From NCBI GenBank assembly GCA_001179505.1, contig CDMY01000269.1, positions 1 through 64,000 on the forward strand: DNA of 64,000 bases, in the 5' to 3' direction. A model generated the notes under the pieces. That model worked only from the letters and a program-made list of their open reading frames with translations, did not search any database and had not been told where the DNA came from. Position 1 is the first letter of the stretch. Every line of letters starts with the position of its first letter. Below are positions 1-12,134 of the stretch, piece after piece. A program made the position numbers and the translations under genes. This DNA comes from Vitrella brassicaformis CCMP3155. Its lineage: Eukaryota; Protista; Chromerida.

Positions 1-367
1 CCCTGCCTGCCTGGCTGCCATATACCATTGCCCGGTAGGTTTGGGTCCTGTCCTGAGTCTCTAGTACCAGGTGCCACTGATCGACATATGTGGAGCACCC
101 ATACCCAGTCCAGTATGTGTGCACGTGCCTGTATCTTAAAGATCGTTTTGCATACTTACCGGGACCTCAAGATCACTACCCTTGACAATAGCAAGGGCCC
201 CGTCGCCATCAAAATGGTCCCAGGGATAAGACACGTCCCACGAGACGTCCCACAGGCCAGTGCTCGGGGCGTCCCAGCCCCAGAAAGCAGTTTCGTTGGG
301 CTCCTACCCACCCCGCTCCGCCGATGAGCCCCCGATATCAGGCATGTTTTCGGGTACCTCACCGGGA

Positions 368-1041
368 TCAGGACCGTTCTGCATTCGATGTCATGACATG
401 TGAACAGATAGGCTCACGAGAGACATCTTGTTTGTCTGGACATACAATATCTCTTACTCGTGTATATAGCACCCACATCTTTTTGCCATCGTCGCCTTCG
501 GCCCGCAGGTAGTCCGCCAGCCACTCGCTCTCGTATCCATCGTCGATGATGACAAGTGAACCGCTCCACTCCGGTTTCGCATTCTCGCAGGCGTATTTCA
601 GTTCCCACTTCATTCACACAGAGACACCACCACAAGGCATGAATGCGATCGGTCTGCAGTGCGCGCAAAGTTACGTAGTCCTCCGTGACCGTCGTGTCGA
701 CTGAGTGCGGAAACAAGGACACCAACAAATTCAACAAACACGATGGACTCCGTGCGTGCGCGTCAGGTGCGCGTGCATACTGTAGTAATAAGAGCATGAG
801 TGCGGCCGGTGAACCCAGTCGCCGGCGGCTGCATACAATGCACACATATGCGCGCATTTGTGTCACTATCCATTTCAGCCTGGTGCTTACGTGGCGTGCC
901 GTAGTGGTTAGAGGCCCCGGGCACAAGGACGGAAATTAGCCACGCAACCACCAGGGACCACCAGAAATGCAAGAGAGACTCATCGCCATCATCACGCGGC
1001 TTCTTCAGACGGGGAATCAACTGGGCTGAGGTGCTGATCAT
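368..1041 (-). CDS. Possible multi-exon hypothetical gene; continues towards the left edge, structure unresolved
   Basis: Protein-like segments MISTSAQLIPRLKKPRDDGDESLLHFWWSLVVAWLISVLVPG (hydrophobic) and KWELKYACENAKPEWSGSLVIIDDGYESEWLADYLRAEGDDGKKMWVLYTR are each followed by a GTAAG donor. A GCGAGCTT motif lies upstream at 1201. No family recognised. Confidence 0.3.
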
Positions 1042-2306
1042 CGAGTAGAAGCCGAATGCACGAAGGATCTATCGAGTAGAAGCAAAATAGTGCCCGAAGA
1101 GAAGCCGTCATTTCTTGATGGCTCAGCTGCCAGTACTTACGCCCGCGATGTGGGGGCACGGTGGGGGTCGCGGCTCACTCAGGCTCATCATTCGGGACTC
1201 GCGAGCTTTTAGCGAGCGAGGCACGCTCTTACCCGAAGTTCGTGTCGTTCGTTTGTAATTGGGGCCACCGAGACTTTTTCATTCGGTACCGTCTTTTGCT
1301 GGGGGCTGCCGTGCGAGCTTGGGGGCTTTGCATTTCGGCACGGTCTTTTTGCATGCAGCCCCCACTGTGGCCAGGCGATGTGTTGTGCAACCGCATTGGT
1401 TCAAACCTCTGCATCATTCGTCATCTGTACTCGCGAAGCTGGCTCCTCCATATCTACTATCAGGGATTAACTTTACGTTTGGCTGCTCTAGGCTCTTTAT
1501 TGCCCGCATTGCTGCCTCCGCCAGCCCACGTCAACGCACACAACAGTGTGCTCCTGACTGAGGAAAGTTCGGCGGTCGCGGTAGACGCCGAGCGAGTCCC
1601 GACCCCCCGACGGAGGAGGGCAACTCATGATCTTGAAGAACTAGAGTGCATGCGTTTGAGGGGGTTTTTCTGTTACCTCCTTAATCCATTACGCGGGATC
1701 ACGGGCTGTGCATGACATGCCAAACACAATGTCTTGTGTCTCGTGACGTGGGAAAGCGATCACTTTATGACCTTCATGCATGTGGCTGCCCCTTATGCTT
1801 GCGACGCCCGTGGCATTGTGTGCGACATCCGACGGCAGGCATCGCACGAACTACCCGTTGGCTGGAAAGGAAGGAGGACAGACATTCACGTCGTCATCAA
1901 GACATACTCACCCATGCCACCCGATGTACACACGACATACCAACACGACTCTCCTTCCATCTCCTGTCTGTCACTGTCTCTGGCGATGGACATGACACCC
2001 TCGCTACGCCCCCAAGGCATGGAGGGCGAGGCGGAGGTGTCACATCCGTGCGTCAGCGGCAGCCAACGAAACAAGAAGAAATCTCTTAGTGAATGCATTG
2101 ATTGATACATTAGGAGCAAAACTACACCGAAAAAGGGAGAGGCTTCTCCGGGGCATACCCTCTGCTAGACTGTACAAGGACACACAGCTCTCCTCTCTCG
2201 CTGGGAAAAAGGCAGCCGCCTTTTGTACACACGAGAGAGACGCTAGCCAGCCACACATGTCGGTCGGTAGGATTGAAAGCAAACGCCCGTCATAAGTACT
2301 GGTGAC

Positions 2307-3202
2307 TCAGATACCAGCTGCAGGACACACACACAGAGGAACGAACACGTAGAGGAAGACTGAACGCATTGCGTTCGAGTGTTCCGTACTTTCTTCGTCT
2401 TCCTCCTCGCATTTGCCCTTGTGGAAGATGGCGTGGCCCAACACCAACACGGCACTCATACCTGACACACACAAACACAAAACAAAGACGTACGACAGAG
2501 ACAGGTCCCATTCAAGCCGTCTCCCTCCCTCCCTCCCTCCCTCCCTCCCGGACACGTACCAATGATGGCGAAAACAACGGTCCCAGCGAAGAGGAACACC
2601 AGTAGCAGCGACACGGCCGCCAGGGCCACCTGTGCGTGCACCTTGGCGATGCTGTGGTCGCCGATCTTGATGCTCGACGGCTGGCTGAGCAGCCAGAACC
2701 ATGCGCCGCCCAATATGACCGCCAAAATCAGCAGGTGCCAGTTCAGCAGCTGCAGTTAGACACACGCACAGAGGCAAGGCCGTCACCGGCGTGTCTGTCT
2801 CGTCTGTCTGTCTGTCTGTCTGTCTGTTGTTGTCCTTACGACGGCGATGCAGCCGACGGCAGCGCACACGAGGATGTAGTTGACGGCAAAGAACGAGAGG
2901 TTGCCTTCCAAACGCGACTTGACCTCTGCTGACGACGTGGGCTTGGCGAACTGTTCCTTGTTCAGAAACTCACTGTCCTGCAGACACACAGACACACAGG
3001 CAGCAGAAACACTAAAGCACAGCACTCAGCGAGGCTGCCTTGCTTGGCAGCAGCTCACCCATGGCCGCATCGTCTGCAGGTGTGTCTTGATGGTCTTGGT
3101 GAGCTCAGCAGCTCGCTCGTTCATCTTGTCGCCGCTCATGAGGCCCACCGGATTGCTCTGGCTGCCAATCACCGACGGCAGGATCCGCTTGGTCTCGCTC
3201 AT
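2307..3202 (-). CDS. PRA1 family protein (prenylated Rab acceptor), about 5 exons
   Basis: Spliced product contains RPW-DSEFL, SRLEGNLSFFAVNYIL and LGHAIFH, matching the PRA1 motifs RPWxEF, RLxxNLxYFxxNY and HA. It has hydrophobic hairpins and GT-AG junctions in frame (exons 3202-3059, 2977-2840, 2749-2560, then 3' exons). Confidence 0.85.
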
Positions 3203-3263
3203 CCGACTCCAAACAGCGCTTATCTGACTGAGGGCTTTTTCAACCCGAAAAGTCTTGGAAAAG

Positions 3264-3286
3264 TGCGAGCTTGAAGCTGCGAGCTT
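3264..3286 (+). promoter_or_regulatory. Tandem TGCGAGCTT motifs in the 271-bp divergent promoter between PRA1 and the glycosyltransferase
   Basis: Exact 9-mers at 3264-3272 and 3278-3286; the same motif recurs at other 5' regions in the window. Confidence 0.6.
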
Positions 3287-3473
3287 TGGAATTGCTCATT
3301 CCAAGGAGGGTTCGAAGGATTCGGTAGTGAGCCTGCTATCACAGCAGCTTCTTCTTTATCGTTTTTAGAGCTACTTCCTGCTCGCTCGTGGTATTGCACA
3401 GTTGCAGCCGCCTTCTCACGCAGAAGAGTTCCCACACGAGCCGTAATTGGCCACGTAACCGGCGCTGTGCGGC

Positions 3474-5036
3474 ATGGCGGCCTCCTTATCGACACATCAG
3501 CTGCTCGCGGCACTCGCATTATGCCTGTTGAGCGTGCTTCATGTCGCGTCTGCCGACGACCACCACTACGCCTTCACACAGCGGTCAGCGGACCACCCAG
3601 CGTGCCAGCGGGTGCTGACCAACACGACCATCAACGCGCCGCCCACAGCCACTCATAACCTGACGCTCATCACGGTGGCCACGAGCAACAGGGGGTACCT
3701 GCCGGCACTGCTCGAGAGCGCCAAGCGGTACAAGATCAACGTGGTCATCCTGGGGTGGGGCTGGCGGTGGAAGGGCACCTCGACCAAGATATTCCTTCTT
3801 AAGGAGGCTCTCCGCTGCCTGCCGCCCGACTCGCTGGTCATGTTCTCTGACGGCTTCGACACGTTCCTCAACTCGCCGCCCGAGGAGATTCTGTCGCGCT
3901 TCTTCTCGTACCGGCGGAAGCTCATCTTCAGCGCCGAGCCCGACCCTGCTGACGTCGAGGACCCGATGCTGCGCTGGCTGATGCTGGTGGGGCGTTACGT
4001 GGTGCACCACCTGCCGCACACGTGGTCTCAGGACATCAACAGTGGCGGGTGGATCGGATACGCCCAGACGGCGTTGCTCTTTTTCGAGGAGCTCATGACG
4101 ACCATCGAGGTGCCGTCCGACACCAACGACCAGCCGCTGATCAACGCCTTCGCGTGGGAGTTCGGCCGCGACCGGTTCCGCGAGGACTGGGGGCTGGACT
4201 ACCGCCGCGAGCTCTTCTACTGCCTGTGGCCCAAGAAGCTGCTCGACGCCTACTGGCAAACCCTCTTCCACTTCACCGACAAGAACTTCGACTGGACGGG
4301 GGTGCTCGACGTCGACCGGGACGAGAAGCGGGTGGTGCGCGTGTACAACGGCGTCAAGCCGAGCGTCATCCACGCCAACGGGTGCATCAACCTGGACTCG
4401 TTCTGCGCCGGGGTGGAGCTGCCGGCCAAGATCAAGCGGGACAAGACGACCAAGCAGTGCTTCTTCAAGGTCTACTACGCCGTCCGGGCGGCCACCATTG
4501 GGGGCGTGCTGGCCGTCCTGGGACTCCTGTGGCTCATCATCGCCAGGTGTTGCGGAAAGGTACGCGCGCGAACCAGCCCACGCCATCCTTCTCTGATGTG
4601 TGTGTGGAGTGTGTCTGTCTTTGTGTGTGTGTGTGTGTGTGTGTGTTGATTGCTGCAGCGTCGGTCGCCTTCGACAGACAGTGCCCGGCTGGCCCAGCTG
4701 ATAGAGGACGTGCGGAGGCTGCAGGACGCCATCGGGGTGGAACACGTATGCACACACTCACACACACACACATACATGCAGAGAGGGAGGGGTAGAGAGA
4801 ATCGGTCACTGACAGAGTGCCTCTGTTGCTGCTGTGTGTGGTGTTATTGCAGGCTGGCAACAACGGGCGATACTACAGGAAAGGTGAGAGACGCACAGAA
4901 ACGACACAAGAAAATACTGACCCCCACTCCATCCATCAATCCATCCATCCCATGTTTCCATATATCAGATCCCCTGATCAACGGGACGGGCAAGCCAGAG
5001 TTCACACCCGAGAGGGAACTGAGGAGGCGCAAGTGA
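3474..5036 (+). CDS. PLOD/LH3-type glycosyltransferase domain protein with signal peptide and C-terminal TM helix
   Basis: Signal peptide MAASLSTHQLLAALALCLLSVLHVASA. Motifs LITVAT, NVVILGWG-W-G, K-LLKEAL, LVMFSDGFD (DxD-like), LIFSAE, INSGGWIG, NDQ and VIHANG match the N-terminal GT-A domain of procollagen lysyl hydroxylases. TM segment AATIGGVLAVLGLLWLIIA. Three short 3' exons end ...ERELRRRK*. Confidence 0.8.
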
Positions 5037-6301
5037 CGTGTGGCGTGCCTCACACACACACACACCACAGCCCAGCCACCTCTCCCTCTCCCTCTGCCTG
5101 GCTTGGCTTGGCTTTGCTTTGCCTTTCCCCCGGACGTGTGAATAGCTCCCCCCCTCCCCGTCCCTCCCCGTCCTCCCTCAGTCACTGTCTTCATTGTGCA
5201 GCCAGTCCAGTCCTCCCCTTGCCGTTCTGCCTGTCTGTCCGTCTGTGTGTCTGGTAGGTGTCGTTTTAACAGAGAGAGAGACAGACAGACACCAGGCAGG
5301 CCGAGAGAGTGGGGGCTGGGTGGGGTGGGTGGGCGGGTGGCGGGTGTGAATGAGTGAGTGGCTTGGTTTATCTAAAGGGTGACGTTTGTTTTTTCGGGGG
5401 CGGACTGAGGAGGTGTGTGTGTGTGTGTGGTTCGTTGTATTGGCCCGTCTGCCTTTCGTCCGTCCGGCGATAACGGTGCGGTGCACGGGTCGGGTGGACG
5501 GCGATGTGATATACACACACATGCGGTACGGACCTATCTATCTGCCGGTGTGACGACAAGCGAGCTGGTCACGTCACAAACAGGCAGGCTCCTTTTGCTT
5601 TCTGTGTAGGGGCGGGCGTGTGCGGATGCGTGTGTTCTCTCCCTCTCCCTCTCGCGTCTCGGCAAGGCAACACACACACAGAGAGGGCCTATTTATCATT
5701 TGGCCCTTCGTCGCCGCGCCGTGCCGTGCACCCTATCTGCCTTCTCTCCCCTCCTGCCGTCTGTCTACCTACTGGTGGCCCTTGTTGCATGTCATGTGTG
5801 TGGACGTATACATAATTCCGTCTGGTGATGGGTAGATGGGACGGATGGATGGATGGATAGATGGGACGAGCGTCCTTTTTCCATGGTGCCTGGCTGCCTG
5901 GCTGTGACGCTGCGTGTGCGTGCGGACGCGTGACAGTGACATCAATCGACATGCACTACAAGTCGGAGCGCAGAGAGAGAGAGGCGACAGGAGAGAGAGA
6001 GGGCGGAGGACGAGTCTTTTTGCTGATCTATACGACACACATGCGTACGAGTAAGTATGAGTGTGGTGTGGTGTGGTGTAAGTGGCGCTGCTGCTGCCGC
6101 TGCTGCTGCTGCTGCGGGAGTCACCTGACGTGGCCAGCAAAGGTGAGGTTTGCTGGGCAAACAGTGGTGCATGGCTGTCCGCTGCATGGCATGCTGTTGT
6201 GTACAGTAATTTGTAATCTTGTACACACTCTCAGTCCGGGCCGAAAACCGACCAAACCTCGCCAGATCGACAAATTCAGCTCGCCAAGATCTCGGCATCA
6301 A

Positions 6302-9300
6302 ATGACAGATCCCGGAGCCACGACGGCCCATCAGCCAGCTGCGCCAGTTCCGTCACCAACCGAGAACACTGCCAATCCCGCGCCTGGTGTGATTGATGGT
6401 GAAGCGCGGAAAGATCATAGCCGCACAAAACCCGACGAAGATCTCGCCGAGACCCAGCCCCCCCACGGCCACAAAAGAGAGGACGGCATCGTCAGCGTGC
6501 ATTGTTTGGTCCTGTGGCTGGGGTGCATCGGGCTGGTGGTGCTATCGAGCGGTGTGTTTTATCGGTGCCGCCACTACACCGACTGGTTCGTCGATGAGCT
6601 CTTCGCCGTCGTCAGGAACGCCGATGCCCGAGGCGAAACGCCGCTCAAAGTGAGCCTGCCTGCCGGTTACACACACACACACACACACACACAGAGAAAG
6701 AGAGAGAGAGAGCACCAACCGCTGTCCATGTCTGTGTGTGTGTGTGTGTGTGGACAGGAAGTGCTGTCGAACGATTTCTGGGGCAACCGTCTTCACTTTG
6801 AGGAGGGGCAAGGGTGGACCCACAAGTCCTACCGACCGCTGACCATCCTCTCCTACGCGGCGCAGATCAAATGGGGCTGGGGCTGGGGCGGCAATACTGG
6901 CGTGCCGGACGCCAGGCCCCTGCGGCTGTTCAACTGCGTGCTGCACACGAGCAACTCGCTGCTGGTGCTGGCGTTGCAGGTGGTGGTGTGTGGCGTGCCC
7001 CCTCTGCTGGCGGCGGCGAGTTCGGGGCTCTTTGCAGCACATCCAGTGCACACAGGCGGGAATGAGGGAGGGAGGGAGAGGCCCCACGTGTGAGGTGGTG
7101 AGGTGCTCCGTCTGTCTGTCTGTCTGTCCTTAGAGAATATCGTCTACCTGGTGGGTCGTGCAGACGCCCTGGCGACCTTCTTCTACCTGGCAGGCGCACT
7201 CGCCTACTTCGGCATGCAGAAAGGAGGTGCCAAACGGCACACTACTCGCAGCACCGAAGCCACCAGCCTTATCGTGGCAGTCGCGTGTTCCATCCTGGCG
7301 GGTCTGAGCAAGGAGACGGGCTTCACGCTGCCCGTCTTCCTTGCCGCATGTGAGATGATCCTCTTCCCGCCATCTCTGTGGCGGTGCAGCGGACTGCTAG
7401 CGTCGTTTCTCTGCCTGTTCAAGCTCAGGTCCGCCCTCGTGGGCGGAACACAGGTCACTGAGAGGGGGGGAGGGGCGGGGTGCAAGTGATGTGTGGTGTG
7501 GTGTGGTGTGGTGTGTTGGGCTGCATTGTGCAGGTAGGTTTCTCGCCAGTGGACACGCCGATTCCGTATGAGAGCAGCCGGCTGACGAGATGGCTCTCGT
7601 ACATGAACCTCCATAGGATATATTTCGGGTGAGTCAGCCGATGGATGGATGTGTGGATGGATGGATGGATGTGTGTGTGTCAGTCTGATGGTCCTGCCGT
7701 GGAACCTGTGTTGGGACTACTCGTACGACTCTGTCCCGATGGTTACCTCGATCACCGATCCAAGATGCATACAAACCCTGCTCGTTTATGCGCTGTAAGC
7801 CATGGGCCACACAACCACCCTTTTGATACTCTTCCACTCGTTGACGGCCAGGCTGTTTTCTGGAGGGGTTTACGGCCTGCTGGCCATACGATGGCCTCAG
7901 AGGCACGTTCCCCAGCTGGTGCGCTGCCTCATCCACCCACTCCGCGGATGCAGTGGGGGCAGCCAAGGCCAACAGCCACTACTGGACAACACCATAAGTG
8001 CTGAAGAGAAGCCGACCGAGGACACATCGAGTGCTTCTGCAGCAGACGAAGACGTCAGCAGTGAGCGGGAGGGATCCACGGTGCCTGCCAGCCCGGCTGA
8101 GGAGGAAGCTGTCGAGGAGCACGCTGACGTGTCCAAAGGGACGACTGTCGACCAAGCCGCCGCTAGAGACGTGTTTGGTGGGGAGGAGAATGGCGAGAAT
8201 GGTGAGAATGGCAAGGATGGGCGAGCGAGGCCGACCCCAGGTGCTCAGCTGCTGATGGGGCTGTCTTTCATTATCGTTCCCTTCATGCCGGCGTCCAACG
8301 TGTTCTTCACTGTCGGTACGCAGCCACCACCCACACACACATCCACACACCGTGTGTGCGTCTGTCTGTTCGTGTGTGTGTGTGCGTGTGTGTGCGTGTG
8401 TGTGTGTGTTTAGGCACAGTGATCGGCGAGAGGCTGCTGTATCCTTCCACAGTGGGATGGTCTCTTGTGCTGTCGGCCATCGGTACCTACGCGAGCGTCG
8501 GATGCGTCTGGAGTCGTCCCTCCCCTCTGTCTCTGTGTGTGTGTGTGTGTGTGTGTTGATCAGGGGGACTCCTGTGGGGGCCTGGGGAGGCGCGTTCGGC
8601 GGGATGTCGACGGGGTAGACGTGTCGCCGTATTGGCGGCTTACATGGCCTTTCTGCTGCTGCTTGGCGGTAAGGTACATCAGCGACTTGAGAGCAAGGAA
8701 ATGCTGTCTGTCCATCCCTGTGTGTGCGTGTGTGTGTGTGTGTGTGTCAGGGTGGTATGTCTGGCGGTCTGCCGTGCGTGTCGAGCAGTGGTCGTCCCGA
8801 GCAAGCCTCTTCGTGGCGGACGCACGCGTCAACCCACGATCAGCAAAGGTCACCCACACGCGTGTTGGGTGGATGTCTCTTGATCTCTCCCATCTCTCTT
8901 TGTCTGTGTGTCTGGGTGTCTGTCTGTCTGTCTGGTGTGTGTGTGTGTGTGTGCAGGTGCTCCACATGTACGCGGCCACTCTGCACAGCTCGGGCAGGTA
9001 TGACGAAGCCCTCCGCTGGTACAATGAGAGCCTCGCCATATTCGACGACAACGCCCTCACTGACTACGCCGTCATTCAAGTAGGTGAAGACAGGCAGGTG
9101 TGCCGTTCTGATGGATGGATGGATGGATGGCGGCCGCATCGCGCAGATCTACTTGGTGCAGAATCGGTTTCGTGACGCGTACGAGAGGTTCCAGAAGGTG
9201 CTGGGTGGGCACTTCAACGGCTTCGGAAACTTCAACCGATGGCTGCTGCTCATCGACTTTGGCTTCACACTCATCGGTACGCCACACAGACAGACAGACA

Positions 9301-10074
9301 GACAGGGATACGGCCACACCCGTCCGCCTCTCCCTCTCTCTCTCTGTGTCTCTCTCTTGTAGTGCTGGAGCGTTATGCCGAGGGCATTCCTGTGATCAGC
9401 GAGGGCCTCTCCCTCATGTCTGAAGCCGCATACGCACAAAATGCACTCGGTCGGCGACTGACGTGACGCTCTTATCCATCCATCCGTCCATCCATCGATC
9501 CATGTGGGATGTGCTGGTCGGTCAGCGTATGCCCACTACAAGACGGGCAGCCTCGACAAGGCGCTGGACGCCATCCTGCACGGTGGGGCAACATAAGAAC
9601 CCGGGAGAGGAGAAGGCGATCACTCTGCCACTCTGTGTGCCGTGAATGTGTGTGTGACAAACCTGCAGCCATCCGTCTGGAGTCCGGCAACTGGGTGGTG
9701 TGGAATAACGCGGCTGTCGTCGCAGCCACAGGCGGCAGAATCGACTACGTACCTAGCCCCCACACCCACACACACGGACAGACGTCACACGTGTGTGTGT
9801 GTGTGCACAGGGAATGAGTTGTCTGCAGCAGGCGGCCGAGCGGTGTGGTGGGACGAGTGCTGCTGATAGCCGAGGGCAAGCCGTGCTGGCGCATAATGCC
9901 AGGCTCATGCAGCAGCAGCAGCAGCAGCAAAGCCAGGTGCGCTGGAGTGGTAAGGAAGCACACGATTTGACCCGAGCCTTGTTTGTGTGTGTGTGGTTGG
10001 CTCATCAGGGCATCGCTGGTGGTGTTGGTGGCGCTGGCTACCGCTTTGAGCTGTTTTACCCACAGACTCACTGA
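6302..10074 (+). CDS. TMTC-family protein O-mannosyltransferase (GT-C/DUF1736 plus TPR repeats), multi-exon
   Basis: Hallmark motifs NDFWG...THKSYRPLT, HPVHTE-NIVYLVGRAD, SKETG and PFMPASNVFFTVG-TVIGERLLYPS, followed by TPR-like exons (HMYAATLHSSGRYDEALRWYNESL). Confidence 0.88.
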
Positions 10075-10321
10075 CGGACGGCCGGGTTAATGGATCGACA
10101 AACTTGGACGAAACTCCCTCTTAAAATTTGAATGGAGTCTAATGCTCCACACGCCCTTAGATGCACACGCCCGCCCACAGCCACCCGTGGCAGAGTGAGT
10201 GTGTGAGGCACCTGACATCCATTCCTCCACCCATCTGGCCGCACACGCATCTATTCCGCCCGACCCCTCCTCTCTCCCTCCCTCCCTCTCTCCCTCCCTC
10301 CCTCTGTCCGTCCTTTGCTTT

Positions 10322-11180
10322 CTACATCTCTGTCAGGTCCGTGCTTTTGAAGTCCTTGCCCTTGCAGAACCACTGCCCTTGGATCTCCTGTTCGGCCTCG
10401 CCGCACATGCTCTTCGCCTCCTCAGCAGAGATGCACTCGCCGTTAAGGGTCAGGTCCTGCTGGCGGATAAATTCCTCTTAAACCAGGCAAATGGCGCTCT
10501 TGTCGTTGCACTCGTCCACCTCGAGCTCCCCCTGCTCCTCCTTCTCCATCCACAGCTTGCACCAATCTCTACCTGCACACACACACAGATAGACGGCCGC
10601 CCGTCGTTCTATCGGGGAGTCTGTCGGTTCGCGCACTACCCGACTGCTGCTTGGCCTTCTTGGCGGTATTCATCTGAAGGAGGATGAGGCGGTGGGCGTT
10701 GTCGATGGCTCCCATGGCGGCGGCCGTCGTCTGCTGGGCGGCGGCCGTCATCTGGTGGGCGGCGGTGATGCTGCTGGCGACGTGGTCCAGCTGCAGCTGC
10801 ACGAGCGACATCTGCTGCTAAAAAGCCGCCATCTTCCCCCCTGCACACAAAACACACACACACATCCAATGGATGGATGGATGGATGGATGGAGAGATGG
10901 ATGGATGGATGGATGGAGAGATGGATGGATGGATGGAGAGATGGGCGGTCTGCCTACCGTGCCCAAGAGCTTGAGCTTCCGCCGACATCTCTGCAGCCAT
11001 AGATCAGCCACCCAGAATCCATATCGCAACAACAGCAGAAAGCCGATGTGAGGTCCATTCGGCGTGTAGAGGTGCTGATGATGTAGTGTGGTGCGGCTTA
11101 CGTCGGCCATGGGCGAGGAGAGGCTGTATGATGGCAGCCAGGCCAACCAACACGGCAAGGCCAGAACGACCCATCATCAT
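10322..11180 (-). CDS. Hypothetical secreted protein (signal peptide, RRPxDDG repeats, Cys-rich C-terminus); last exon has an in-frame TAA
   Basis: Signal-like [25 protein letters not shown] is followed by a GTAAG donor, and a frame-consistent splice path runs through [17 protein letters not shown]...[16 protein letters not shown] and [20 protein letters not shown]. An alternative frame for the middle exon ([10 protein letters not shown]...) also fits. TAA at 10478-10480. Confidence 0.4.
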
Positions 11181-11322
11181 CGCTAGGGGTCTGCGAACGG
11201 AGTGCGCACTCAGCTGCTGAAAGATCTCTCCCTGGACGGACGCAAAAAGCGACAAATGCAGAAAAACTCCTCTGTCCTGGCCAAGGATTGCGAGCTTGGA
11301 TCACGATTTTCCTCCAGAGAAG

Positions 11323-12097
11323 ATGCAGAGCAATTTCAGCCATCACACGCTGAGGCGGTTGCAGCCCCTCATCAGGCACACAGCAGCCGGCTCGTCGGCG
11401 TCAGGATCGGTGTCGCCACACAGATCTGCTGTTTCCCTGTGGCAGCAACAGCGGTTCTACGGCGGCAAGCAGTTCCCAAAGTACATCTCGGTGGACCTCA
11501 GAGGCAGACGGGAAAATGACAAGGACACGACAGCCATACTCACGTGAGTGTGGCAGATGGAACCACGAGCACAAGCAGATGAATGGGCGTGTTGTGTGTG
11601 TGTGTGTGCGTGTGTGTGTGTTTGTCTGTTGTGGTGGTAGATGGGACCGCTCTGGCTACCGCAACGCGCTGTCTGACAAGATGTTTGCCGACATTGTGCA
11701 GTCGCTCAAACGCCTGGAGAGAGGTCAGTCGAGGCTCACCTTTCGCACCCACACACACACACACCATATGTGTGTGTGTNNNNNNNNNNNNNNNNNNNNN
11801 NNNNNNNNNNNNNNNNNNNNNNNNNNNNNNNNNNNNNNNNNNNNNNNNNNNNNNNNNNNNNNNNNNNNNNNNNNNNNNNNNNNNNNNNNNNNNNNNNNNN
11901 NNNNNNNNNNNNNNNNNNNNNNNNNNNNNNNNNNNNNNNNNNNNNNNNNNNNNNNNNNNNNNNNNNNNNNNNNNNNNNNNNNNNNNNNNNNNNNNNNNNN
12001 NNNNNNNNNNNNNNNNNNNNNNNNNNNNNNNNNNNNNNNNNNNNNNNNNNNNNNNNNNNNNNNNNNNNNNNNNNNNNNNCCCCCCCCCCCCCCCCCT

Positions 12098-12134
<37 letters not shown>

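Noticed and set aside
1-2300. Transposon or LTR remnant
   Set aside because: No RT, integrase or transposase motif, terminal inverted repeat or LTR pair was seen. The short ATCGAGTAGAAGC direct repeat (about 1040 and 1071) is insufficient.
3585-4757. Long antisense and alternate-frame ORFs (also 4022-4795, 38279-39571, 30300-30851)
   Set aside because: These are shadows of GC3-rich coding sequence on the other strand or frame, with no recognisable motifs.
10322-10830. Alternative genetic code (TAA/TAG read as Gln) suggested by in-frame stops near Gln-rich text
   Set aside because: TAA terminates paralogue A (18665) and TAG terminates the gene ending at 52400. The TAG near 10820 is either a splice acceptor or out of frame.
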